Assembly (NCBI GenBank): GCA_014729025.1
Contig: WJKP01000011.1
Location: 6,500 to 70,499, forward strand
Length of the DNA: 64,000 nt
Reading direction: 5' to 3'
From: Candidatus Buchananbacteria bacterium
Lineage (GTDB): Bacteria; Patescibacteriota; Patescibacteriia; CAIXNZ01
In this document: positions 49,540 to 58,860 of the stretch, piece after piece
Layout of the letters: every line of letters starts with the position of its first letter
Position numbering within the stretch: position 1 is the first letter of the stretch
The notes under the pieces: generated by a model
Database searches by the model: none
What the model was told of the DNA's origin: nothing
The model's input: only the letters and a program-made list of their open reading frames with translations
Position numbers and translations under genes: made by a program

Positions 49540-50294
49540 GCGTGATCACAAATTTTTTCATACAACAGAAAGAATGGATATTGCCATTAGTGGGTGCATT
49601 TGGAGGTGCTTTTTTCGCTTTTTGTTTTTTTATTTTAGGTGAACGTTGGAGATTGAAGAAAGAATGGCGCAAGAAGGTAATAAATGAGCATGCTTACTTA
49701 GATAGATATCTACAATTCATTAGGATCACCTTAGATAAAAATATTAAAAAATTTAATCTAATAAAAAATCATTATAAGGAGAAACAATTATCTCTAGTTA
49801 GACTTGTTAATTTCCCTATACGGGAAGATGCCTCCATGAGATTGAAGGATATGGATTACCTAAATAATGTGGAGAATTTTATTAATAGGTTAAAAGAGTT
49901 AAACTTAGATATTATAACATTTAATACTTTTATTAATGATATAAATGATGATATAAAAAATTTCATTATAGATAAGCAAAGAAAAGATTTGCAATCAATA
50001 ATAAGTACAAGTATAAATTTATTCTTGGAAGATAGTGACACAATAATAAATTTCCAAAAAATGTTAAAGGATGACTTGGACTTATTGTATGCTCAAAATA
50101 TGGTTTTATATGATTATTATAAATCGAATATTTTTAAAAAAATGCTATGGAATATAAATAAAAAAATAAACAAAGATTTTATGGAAAGTAAAGTTAATTT
50201 AAGAATGGATGAATTTGTTCAGGAAATCGAAAAATCAGTTACAAAAAATAAAGAAAAATTAGAAAAATATAATATTATTAAAAAGGAGCTTTAA
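49536..50294 (+). CDS. Hypothetical protein with N-terminal TM
   Basis: ORF overlapping the R-M stop; LVGAFGGAFFAF helix. Confidence 0.7.
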   Translation: MSVITNFFIQQKEWILPLVGAFGGAFFAFCFFILGERWRLKKEWRKKVINEHAYLDRYLQFIRITLDKNIKKFNLIKNHYKEKQLSLVRLVNFPIREDASMRLKDMDYLNNVENFINRLKELNLDIITFNTFINDINDDIKNFIIDKQRKDLQSIISTSINLFLEDSDTIINFQKMLKDDLDLLYAQNMVLYDYYKSNIFKKMLWNINKKINKDFMESKVNLRMDEFVQEIEKSVTKNKEKLEKYNIIKKEL

Positions 50295-50298
50295 TAAT

Positions 50299-50991
50299 AT
50301 GCCTCCAAAAAAGATAAAACAAGAAGAAGTTGATAGAGCACTTCTAATACTTACAGATACTATTAGGAAATTAAATGATTATTTAAATACCTATGCCGAT
50401 GATTCAGCTAGTGATTTGTTTAATAAAATGTCTGAAGCAAGAAAGCAAGTTGATATAATTGCAAATGAAGCTCGGTTACTTTTTCAGGATTGTTTAAAGA
50501 GGTATGTTGAAAGCGAAGATGTACCTGAACCGACTGTAAAATGGGACAAAGATGAATACGGGAACTTACTTAAGATTAATGGTTATAAAAATCGACCACC
50601 ATGTGAAATTTGCAGAGAATCCAGGAAGGTCGAGTATTGTCATATAATCCCTAGACAAATAGGTGGATCTAATAGAGAAACAAATATTATTTATTTATGT
50701 TCAACCCATCATAGCTGTTTTGATAAGGGTGTTTTATCAAAACAAGAATGGGGTTCAATTGACTGGAAAGGAAGAAGTGAGCTGGTAAAATCTTTCGTGA
50801 ATGAGGTTTTGTTATCTAGACAGCAAGCATATTGGGATGGTGATAAAGTTGTTGCAGATATTGTTTATCATTCTTATAAGCCACTTACCGAGTGGGTCAA
50901 GAAACATCTTGGATGTAATTCAACAGATGAATGGAATAAGAAACGCAAGAGTGTTAAAATGATTAGAAGTGGAAACGCGTATTTAGGATAA
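50299..50991 (+). CDS. HNH endonuclease domain protein
   Basis: CEIC...CHIIPRQIGGSN...NIIYLCSTHHSCFD. Confidence 0.85.
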   Translation: MPPKKIKQEEVDRALLILTDTIRKLNDYLNTYADDSASDLFNKMSEARKQVDIIANEARLLFQDCLKRYVESEDVPEPTVKWDKDEYGNLLKINGYKNRPPCEICRESRKVEYCHIIPRQIGGSNRETNIIYLCSTHHSCFDKGVLSKQEWGSIDWKGRSELVKSFVNEVLLSRQQAYWDGDKVVADIVYHSYKPLTEWVKKHLGCNSTDEWNKKRKSVKMIRSGNAYLG

Positions 50992-52299
50992 TTTTATCAG
51001 TTTATTAGCTAAAGCTACTTTGCTCCTCATACAACTCAATAATTCTCTTTTCTCAATAACCGTACCCTCGGTTAATATATACTTGGCATAATTTTTTACA
51101 TTTAGATTCTTGAGCTTTTTATCGTCCAGCTTCACGCCAAGTATTTTTTGTTGAAAATTACTAAACCTTTTCATCTCTTGTTCATATTTATGGGTTATTC
51201 CTAACTTATCTATGCTGATTTTATCAATTATATCCAGTAGCTGACTTACTAAGCTATCCTCATTAATATAGCCACATTTACAATTTATATCCTTAGCTCT
51301 TGTACATCCATAGTAAATGTATTTTTTTGTTGTCCCATCACTAAGTTTCTTATGCTTTTCCTCGGCAGATATACCAGAGCCACATAATCCGCAAGTCATT
51401 AAACGAGTGAATGCGAATTCTTTTAGGGCACCTCTTTTAATATGGTCTCTAGTTAATTGTTGTTGTACCTGATCAAATAGTTCTTGAGTGATTAAAGGCT
51501 GATGCTTACCAGCATACCAATTACCACTTTCTTTTGGGTATTCAAAGGTTCCCGTGTAAAATGGTGTTTTTAATATTCTTAACACATTACTTAACGCTAA
51601 AGGTTTACCACTAATAGTTTTGAAATCAATTTCGCGAAGCCACATGTATACTTTTCTACCACTCCATTTCTCTGTGGCAACTTTTTCAAACATTTGCTTA
51701 ACAATTGGTCCTCGTTTAGGATCTACAATAACTTCACATTTACGGTCAATTCTTTTTTCATTAAGATAGCCTGTTGGGGCTGTGGCTGGCCACAGCCCCA
51801 TTTCAACTCTGGTTCTCAGTCCGCGTTTTACATTAATCCCTCTGTTATCATTTTCCAGTTTAGCCTGACTACCTAAAATCATCAGTAGAAATTTTTCATT
51901 TGGTGAATTTGTGAAGCATTGGCTATATGTCTTTATTTCTACTAACAGCTTTTTATCCATAAGATCTACTATTTCTCCAAGATCTCCTGCATTACGGCTT
52001 AATCGATCAGGAGCCCATGTCAGAATACCATTGTATTTACCAGCGTTAACGTCTTTTAAGATTTCTCTAAACACGGGACGCTCCCCAGATTTTTTCGCCG
52101 AATGGCTTTCGCGTTTGATATTAACGACATTTAATTTTTCCTTATCAGCTACTCTTAGCATTTCCTTAATCTGAGAATCTATTGATAAAGCTTGTCGTTC
52201 CTCAGACTCCGTTGATTTTCTGGCATACAAACAATAATTGATTGTTTGTGTTTGTACTGCTTGGTTTGCTGATTCTAGTGTTTGCGTGTTTTGTTGCAT
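50983..52299 (-). CDS. Large serine recombinase (resolvase + recombinase + zinc ribbon)
   Basis: YARKST, DRLSRN, APTGY, GKHQPLIT, CGLCG...YYGC...C. Confidence 0.95.
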   Translation of the reverse strand: MQQNTQTLESANQAVQTQTINYCLYARKSTESEERQALSIDSQIKEMLRVADKEKLNVVNIKRESHSAKKSGERPVFREILKDVNAGKYNGILTWAPDRLSRNAGDLGEIVDLMDKKLLVEIKTYSQCFTNSPNEKFLLMILGSQAKLENDNRGINVKRGLRTRVEMGLWPATAPTGYLNEKRIDRKCEVIVDPKRGPIVKQMFEKVATEKWSGRKVYMWLREIDFKTISGKPLALSNVLRILKTPFYTGTFEYPKESGNWYAGKHQPLITQELFDQVQQQLTRDHIKRGALKEFAFTRLMTCGLCGSGISAEEKHKKLSDGTTKKYIYYGCTRAKDINCKCGYINEDSLVSQLLDIIDKISIDKLGITHKYEQEMKRFSNFQQKILGVKLDDKKLKNLNVKNYAKYILTEGTVIEKRELLSCMRSKVALANKLIKLS

Positions 52300-52395
52300 A
52301 TAATTCCTTATTAATAGTTAATTACTCTCTACTATAAGGAATGACGCAACCTTGCTAGGGAGTCCAGGCTGGTTAGTAGGCAAACTGTAGATAAC

Positions 52396-53940
52396 TTAAA
52401 AAAGGAATAAACCCTCGTCATTCATTTTTTGAAGTCGCCTATAAAATTCCAATTTTTCAGACCTATTCATGTTTCCCATCATATCTTCATGATTAGTATA
52501 ATAAGATAAGCATTTCACACCTATTGTTCGTTTTTTATGATCCATTTGCATCAAACCCAAAAGCATTACTACAAACGCATCTGCCAAATCATCATATTTA
52601 GTAATTTCCATATTAATGAGTTGTTCAATTAATTTTTCAGCCCCTTTGCGTGGAAATAATATTACACCTCGTTCTATAAGATGACTGACTGTATTAAGCC
52701 TTTCAATCTTAGTCCCACTGTTAACATTTACTGGCTCTGCTTTTAAGTTACTTCTTTGCAGTTCATCAACTAAGGTTTTCTGGAAAGCCACATTTTCAAT
52801 AAAAAACTTAACAGGTGCATTTTGATCAAGAACTTTATTCAAGTCTCCAGCAGTATTAATTATTTCATTAAAGGATAGTCGACGATTAATCGGATTAGCT
52901 AAAATATAGACTTTAAAATCATTATCATACCTAAATAACCTACCAGAAACCATACCTGTAAAATCAGCTGTTTCTTTTTTTGAACAAGCTGGATCTATAC
53001 CAGTCATAGTTAACCTGTATTCTTCTGCTTTATTAAGCGGTGGGATCTCATCGTAATATTTAATCGATTCATGAGTAATAATTTGACTATCTTCAGGTAC
53101 TATCTGTAATAAATATTCTCTTTGCCAAGCATTACCTTTGGCTCTACTTTTTACTATCTCAATATCTTTAATTGTTTTAAATTTGGCAGGCCAGGCAATT
53201 TGATCATCCTCATTCATTAATGGTACTTCCAATAAATGTCCGCTGATTTCTTTATTGGTAATTAAATCTTTTAACCGCATCAAAACAGAATCCTCATGCA
53301 GTTTGTTGCCAATAAAAACAAGTTTAGTATTTATATCACCGGCAGGTATAACGTCACCCATAATTGTATCCCATAATTTATCTCTATTTTCTTTTAGTCT
53401 AAGTGATCCGTAATCTTCTATGTCATCACAGATAATCAAATCGGGACGATAATTTAAATTTCTATTACCTCTGATTTGTTGTCCAACTGAAACCGCAGTT
53501 ATTCTAGCACCGTATTCTTTTAAGACTAGACTATAAGTACCCCAATCATCATCTACTGATTCAAAAGGTCCAAGGTCTGCTTTTAAAACTTGATTTACTT
53601 CCAGTTCTTTTTTTATATTACTCATGTGCAGTCTTGCTTGTTTTTCTGTGTTACTGACAATAATAATATTTTTCTTTTGGGGTTCACCAATTATTGACCA
53701 GATTGAATAACTGGTATTCATAATGGTTGATTTGCCTGAATTCCTAAAAGCCATGATTAATAATAAATCATCTGCGGTTTCCTGACTCAACCGAAACATT
53801 TCTTTTTGGAAATCAGCAGTACCAAATTGCACATAGTGGGAAAAATAAATATTGAAGAACCACTCGTGGCTTTTTTGAGCTAAGCTTCTTCTGACAATAT
53901 TGTCATTTATTAGTTCATTTAAAACTTTATTCGTTGACAT
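52396..53940 (-). CDS. Phage terminase large subunit-like protein
   Basis: AFRNSGKS Walker A, IICDDIED Walker B, GIDPA and DDLADA RNase H-like nuclease motifs. Confidence 0.88.
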   Translation of the reverse strand: MSTNKVLNELINDNIVRRSLAQKSHEWFFNIYFSHYVQFGTADFQKEMFRLSQETADDLLLIMAFRNSGKSTIMNTSYSIWSIIGEPQKKNIIIVSNTEKQARLHMSNIKKELEVNQVLKADLGPFESVDDDWGTYSLVLKEYGARITAVSVGQQIRGNRNLNYRPDLIICDDIEDYGSLRLKENRDKLWDTIMGDVIPAGDINTKLVFIGNKLHEDSVLMRLKDLITNKEISGHLLEVPLMNEDDQIAWPAKFKTIKDIEIVKSRAKGNAWQREYLLQIVPEDSQIITHESIKYYDEIPPLNKAEEYRLTMTGIDPACSKKETADFTGMVSGRLFRYDNDFKVYILANPINRRLSFNEIINTAGDLNKVLDQNAPVKFFIENVAFQKTLVDELQRSNLKAEPVNVNSGTKIERLNTVSHLIERGVILFPRKGAEKLIEQLINMEITKYDDLADAFVVMLLGLMQMDHKKRTIGVKCLSYYTNHEDMMGNMNRSEKLEFYRRLQKMNDEGLFLF

Positions 53941-53951
53941 ATTTTTTAAAG

Positions 53952-54347
53952 TTATTTTTTAAGCTCTTCATCTTTGATTAAAGATGAAAGTTCTAAAGCT
54001 TTTTTAATGGTTTCTTTTTGATCTTCACTTAACTCAAAATTAGTTTTTAAACTACCCTGTATTTCGAGCTTATTACCATAAGCCTGTCTGTGGTTCTTTA
54101 ACCAAAAAATTATTGCTGTTAGATTTCTATCCTTAATAGCAGAAATCAATTGTGATTCTGCCATTTCAGATACTAGTTCTGTTCCTTCGTTTAAAGCTTT
54201 ATTTACTCTTTTAGCAAACTTTTTATCCGATTTACGCCAACGGTAAAATGTCGCCCGTGAAATCCCAGTTCTTTCACAGGCGATTTGGATAATCGGAGTT
54301 TTTTCTAACTGGGCAATTATTTTATCTTTTTTAATTTTACCTTTCAT
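53952..54347 (-). CDS. HTH protein, probable terminase small subunit-like
   Basis: IACERTGISRATFYRW HTH, AIIFWLK; directly upstream of the terminase. Confidence 0.75.
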   Translation of the reverse strand: MKGKIKKDKIIAQLEKTPIIQIACERTGISRATFYRWRKSDKKFAKRVNKALNEGTELVSEMAESQLISAIKDRNLTAIIFWLKNHRQAYGNKLEIQGSLKTNFELSEDQKETIKKALELSSLIKDEELKK

Positions 54348-54353
54348 ATAATT

Positions 54354-55679
54354 CTAATTAAGTTTCTTTCTTTTTTGACCAGTCAAATTTTCCCAGCGCT
54401 TCATAATAACTTCAGAATAAACTGGAGATTTTTCTACCAAGTAATAACGTCTTTTCATTTTTTCCGCAGCTATTAGTGTGCTCCCTGAACCTCCGAAAGG
54501 TTCAATAATTAGATCGTCGCGTTTTGTTAACACCTTGATGTATGGAATTAAGATCTCAATTGGTTTAGTGCCAAAGATAATGCCTTGTCCTGAACTTTTT
54601 TCATCTGAAGCAATAAACTCAATAAAGTCTGTTGGACAATACTTTTTATTCTTCCCATAAGATTCCCATTGCGGTTTACCTGATGTCGCATATAACGCGT
54701 TTTCGTATTCGTTTTGAAATAGTTCTTCTTCATCGTCCATGTTTAGTTCTACATTGCCTTTAGTTCCAACAAGGGCTATATCATGTTTGTTAAAGAATTT
54801 GTATTTAGAAGAGAATCCTTGAACTCTGTTTGGTAAATGCCAAGTAATGGTGTTGCGATATCTCCAATGTTTCTCAAGTTCATCCCAGATAGTCCTCAGG
54901 TTTTTAGGATTTTCAAAAATGATAATGGAAAAATCAGGTTTTTGAATCTTAGCTATATTAGCCATCCACTTTTCAGTGAAATCTGGAGGTAATACATCGG
55001 TTTCAAGATATTTGCGATCACGTTTAAGTCCAAAGCCCTCAGTCGGCTTACCATTTCTTTTTTTACCCATTAAGTAATTTAATATGTATGGGGGATCTGT
55101 GAAACACATGTCTGCATTTTCACCACCCATGAGTTTTAGCACATCTGCTTCAATAGTTGAGTCTCCGCAAATCATTTTACTGGCACCTAATTGATAGACA
55201 TCACCCTTTTTAACATTAACCTTGTCAATTTTTAATTTTTTAAGTTCCTTGTTGAGATCAAAAGCTTCAGGGTTCTCATCTATTCCAAAAACATTATCCA
55301 GTTCTTCGCTGGAAAACCCGACTTCGTTTAATAAATTTTCGCTGAATTCTGAAAGCAAGTTCCAGTCAAATTCACCGACGTTTTTATTTAGTCTTAAATT
55401 AAGCTCTACTTCACGTTCCTTATTTAGACAAACAAAAACCACGGGAACCTCTTTAAATCCAAGTTCCTTGGCTATAATCAATCTTTGGTGGCCCCCTATA
55501 ACGATGTTTTTACGACCTTTATAATTGTTGACAATAAACGGGTCAACAAGACCAAATTGCTGAATACTTTTTGTAAGTTCAGCTTTTTGTGAATCGCTCA
55601 TCCTGCGAGGATTGTATTTTGCGGGGATGAGCTGTTTGACAGGTACGTATTGCACCTGAAGATTACGAGGTTTAGTCAT
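54354..55679 (-). CDS. ParB-N domain fused to N4/N6 DNA methyltransferase
   Basis: YNPR...FGLVDP...GGHQR ParB-N; TDPPY, TKP, EPFGGSGST. Confidence 0.92.
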   Translation of the reverse strand: MTKPRNLQVQYVPVKQLIPAKYNPRRMSDSQKAELTKSIQQFGLVDPFIVNNYKGRKNIVIGGHQRLIIAKELGFKEVPVVFVCLNKEREVELNLRLNKNVGEFDWNLLSEFSENLLNEVGFSSEELDNVFGIDENPEAFDLNKELKKLKIDKVNVKKGDVYQLGASKMICGDSTIEADVLKLMGGENADMCFTDPPYILNYLMGKKRNGKPTEGFGLKRDRKYLETDVLPPDFTEKWMANIAKIQKPDFSIIIFENPKNLRTIWDELEKHWRYRNTITWHLPNRVQGFSSKYKFFNKHDIALVGTKGNVELNMDDEEELFQNEYENALYATSGKPQWESYGKNKKYCPTDFIEFIASDEKSSGQGIIFGTKPIEILIPYIKVLTKRDDLIIEPFGGSGSTLIAAEKMKRRYYLVEKSPVYSEVIMKRWENLTGQKRKKLN

Positions 55680-55884
55680 AGCATTTAAAAATTAATTTTT
55701 AAAAATCTGGTTTCTAAGCTTTACGCTTACTTATGTACTAAACCTCAAACAAAAAAGAGTCCAAGGTTTAACACAATCACTTAAGCCATGTATGGCTTAA
55801 ACTGTTTCTTTCCCTTACGGGAAACTGTATTAAACTTTGTACTCTTTTATAAAGACTGTTTGCTATGGTTCTTGTAGAACCTAG
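55667..55884 (-). ncRNA. Structured 5' leader of the methylase-terminase-recombinase operon (putative)
   Basis: ~23-bp closing stem (55753-55775/55826-55848) enclosing TTTCCC-GTAA-GGGAAA and TTAAGCCA-TACA-TGGCTTAA hairpins, followed by a U-tract. Confidence 0.55.
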
Positions 55885-55888
55885 TAAT

Positions 55889-55918
55889 AGTATACCAAAT
55901 AGCCCTTTTTTATGTCAA
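55889..55918 (-). promoter_or_regulatory. sigma70 promoter
   Basis: Minus strand TTGACA (55918-55913)-18 nt-TATACT (55894-55889), extended TG. Confidence 0.7.
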
Positions 55919-56014
55919 GTTTTTCATTATAATAAGTAGATAAATTGTAGATTAAAACGCTTTACTTAAGCTTAAAAATATATTATAGTATTAACAAATT
56001 GAATATATGTATAT

Positions 56015-56166
56015 AGACCTAAACCATTTGTATTTTACAGTTGGCATGGTCTCAAAAACCTAACACATAAAGACGGCTTCATTGTCGGTCCTATGTGTTA
56101 GGTCCATACTCGAAAGGGTGTGGTGATACTCGCAAGAGTATCTCCGACGTGGAGCCTTTTTTGTTT
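56015..56166 (+). ncRNA. Structured RNA upstream of the GmrSD-like gene (putative cis-regulator/ncRNA)
   Basis: 12-bp helix 56058-56069/56092-56103; helix 56075-56088/56144-56156 plus U-tract; GAAA and GCAA tetraloop hairpins. Confidence 0.6.
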
Positions 56167-56188
56167 AAATAAAATTATAATATAAAAT

Positions 56189-58369
56189 ATGAAATTAAAA
56201 ACGCTTGTATCAAAAGAAATTAAAAGTTTAATGGGTGATCAAAATAGTTTTTATTATATCCCTGATTATCAGCGCCCTTATTCTTGGGAAACAGATAATA
56301 TTACAGATTTCTGGGAAGATATCAGCAAGGCGTATGACAATAAAGACGAGAATTATTTTCTCGGTTCTTTTATTTTAATAGAAAATGATGATCATAAAGG
56401 CTTTGAAGTAGTTGACGGTCAACAGCGTTTAACAACCATTACTTTGTTTTTAGCGGTTTTACGTGATATGTTTGCTGATAATAATAGAATGGATTTAGCT
56501 GAAAAGATCCAAAATGAATTCATTAAAAAAGAAAATCGTTTTCGCCTTTACGCCCGTTCAGAAGACAAATTAGCATTTGAAAATAATATATTAAATGATA
56601 TCAATAGTTTAGCTAATTATAATGGCAGTAAAATTAGAAAACAGTTTAAAAATACTATTGCTGTTTTTCATAATCTAATAGCCATGAGAAGTTCAGAAAT
56701 GAATGTCAGTACTGAAAAATTTATGGATTATCTGGCATCTATTTATGAATATTTGATGTCCAATGTTTTTGTGATTATTGTGGTTACTGAAGATATTGCT
56801 TCAGCTTATACGATTTTTGAAACAATTAATCAAAGAGGTAAAGAATTACGAACAGAAGATCTTTTAAAAAATTTCTTATTAAAAAAATTATTGGATGAAA
56901 TTAACAAGCATAACAATGAAAGTCCTAATTCACAGAAAAATTTTGATAAAGAAAAATTATCACTACTTTCTGTTTGGCAAAGGATTGAAGATACCAATAT
57001 CGGCATGGAGTCTTTGTTGAATTATCATCGTACGGCTATTTTAGGAACTAACCCCAAAAAAGATTTATTTAAAGAAATTACAAACTATATCAGAGATAAA
57101 AATATTACACCTTATGAATTTATGTCTGATTGGGATAAAACAGTGGATGCTTATTTATCTTTATATCAGGGAGATTTTTATAATCAGCTTAATGATAAAA
57201 CCAAAAAGATTCTTAGTTTATTATGGGAAATAAATCATAATCACTGGATACCTGTTTTAATAAGTGCTCGTAGAGCCAATTTACCAAAGGAGGATTTTCA
57301 AGAATTGGTTTTTGTTTTAGAAAGAATGTATGCCTTATTTTGGATAGCCGGCTATAATGCCGTTAAAATTAAATATCCAAGCTGGTATATTATCAGAGAA
57401 TTGATTAGTAAAAATAAAAGTTTGGATGATATTAAAGATTATATTGAAAAAATACTAGTTCAAAATCGTGTATACAACAGGTTCTATGAATCTTTAGAAC
57501 ATGATTGTTATGGCAATTCATGGTGTAAATATATTTTGGCTAAATATGAATATTCACTGGTTGATGATTCGGTAATTAAAAAAGTAAAATTTGATTCAAC
57601 TGTTCAAATTGAACATATCTTACCTCAAACAATGTCAGCCAAATATTGGAAGGAAAATTTTACCGAGGATGAACATGATAAGCTTGTAAGTACTTTGGGG
57701 AATTTAACATTACTAATTGGCGGGATTAAAGAAAAGAAAAAATCTAAGAATCAATCAGCTGCTAATAAACCGTTTGATGAGAAAATTAAAGTTTATATGG
57801 GCGAAGCCTTAAAAGACGGATTTAGTGCTTTTCAAATGACTCAGGATTTATCTAAATATGATGATTGGACTCCGAGTGTAATTAGAAAAAGAGGTAAAGC
57901 CATAATTAATAAATTGGAACAGTTGTGGGAAGTTTCCAGAGATAATGTTTCTAATCAATCAGAGGAAGATGAAGACGAGGATGAAGTTCAATCTGAAGGT
58001 GGTAGAAATAGTTTTTCATTAGAACCTGGTCAGTATAATAACATTGTTTTAAAAAAGAAATTAATTGATACTTTAAATATTGAAAGTGCGGTTATTCCTC
58101 GTTTAAAGGTTTTTTTGCAAATACTGGCAAGTGAAAATAAAGTTTTTAATAGAGAAGAAATCAAAGAGAAATTGCATCAGCACGGTATTGGTGATAATAT
58201 AGGAAAAACAGGACGATACTTAAGTAATATCTCTCAATTTTTAACCAAACGTAATAATTCCCATCTTCGGCAAGTGGTGAATTTTCAAACAGGTGGTGAA
58301 ATGGGAGAATTAAAAAATAATTATTCTCTTAATGAGAAGTATCGTGAATTAGTTAAAGAAGTATTATAG
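56189..58369 (+). CDS. GmrSD-like DUF262 + DUF1524 (HNH) modification-dependent restriction protein
   Basis: IPDYQRPYSW, VVDGQQRLTT, FETINQRG, IEHILPQ, LGNLTLL, NQSAAN. Confidence 0.9.
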   Translation: MKLKTLVSKEIKSLMGDQNSFYYIPDYQRPYSWETDNITDFWEDISKAYDNKDENYFLGSFILIENDDHKGFEVVDGQQRLTTITLFLAVLRDMFADNNRMDLAEKIQNEFIKKENRFRLYARSEDKLAFENNILNDINSLANYNGSKIRKQFKNTIAVFHNLIAMRSSEMNVSTEKFMDYLASIYEYLMSNVFVIIVVTEDIASAYTIFETINQRGKELRTEDLLKNFLLKKLLDEINKHNNESPNSQKNFDKEKLSLLSVWQRIEDTNIGMESLLNYHRTAILGTNPKKDLFKEITNYIRDKNITPYEFMSDWDKTVDAYLSLYQGDFYNQLNDKTKKILSLLWEINHNHWIPVLISARRANLPKEDFQELVFVLERMYALFWIAGYNAVKIKYPSWYIIRELISKNKSLDDIKDYIEKILVQNRVYNRFYESLEHDCYGNSWCKYILAKYEYSLVDDSVIKKVKFDSTVQIEHILPQTMSAKYWKENFTEDEHDKLVSTLGNLTLLIGGIKEKKKSKNQSAANKPFDEKIKVYMGEALKDGFSAFQMTQDLSKYDDWTPSVIRKRGKAIINKLEQLWEVSRDNVSNQSEEDEDEDEVQSEGGRNSFSLEPGQYNNIVLKKKLIDTLNIESAVIPRLKVFLQILASENKVFNREEIKEKLHQHGIGDNIGKTGRYLSNISQFLTKRNNSHLRQVVNFQTGGEMGELKNNYSLNEKYRELVKEVL

Positions 58370-58418
58370 AAAAATATTTTATAACCTCATTTTTTAAATA
58401 TTCAATAATATTAAATTT

Positions 58419-58856
58419 ATGGCATATCGAGACACGGCTTCATTCGGTAAAAGACAGGAATACGTTGTAATAGCAGAATTATTAAAAAGAGGATTTGATG
58501 TATATATGACATTGGTTGATGATCAGGGTATAGATTGTATTATTAGGATTAATGATAAAAAGTATATTGATATACAAATCAAAGCTCGCTCTAAAACCGC
58601 AAAACAAGGTAGCGTTTTTGCTGCAATGACAGTTAATCCTAGAAATAATTTTTATTGGATTTTCTACACTGAAATTGATAATAATTATTGGATAATTCCA
58701 TCAAAAGATTTAGTAAAGCTTTGCCAGATTAATAAATTAGGTAAAAATGTCGGCAAAATGCATTTATCATTACCCAAATCAGGTCTAGGGTCTAAAGCTT
58801 TGAAATATGAAAAATATAAAAATGATAATGGATTTAAATTGTTAAATAGTAAATAA
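58419..58856 (+). CDS. PD-(D/E)XK nuclease-like protein
   Basis: G..QE...ELL..G, DDQGID, IQIK. Confidence 0.75.
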   Translation: MAYRDTASFGKRQEYVVIAELLKRGFDVYMTLVDDQGIDCIIRINDKKYIDIQIKARSKTAKQGSVFAAMTVNPRNNFYWIFYTEIDNNYWIIPSKDLVKLCQINKLGKNVGKMHLSLPKSGLGSKALKYEKYKNDNGFKLLNSK

Positions 58857-58860
58857 AAGC

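Noticed and set aside
50983-55679. Complete prophage
   Set aside because: No portal, capsid, tail, lysis or replication genes in the window.
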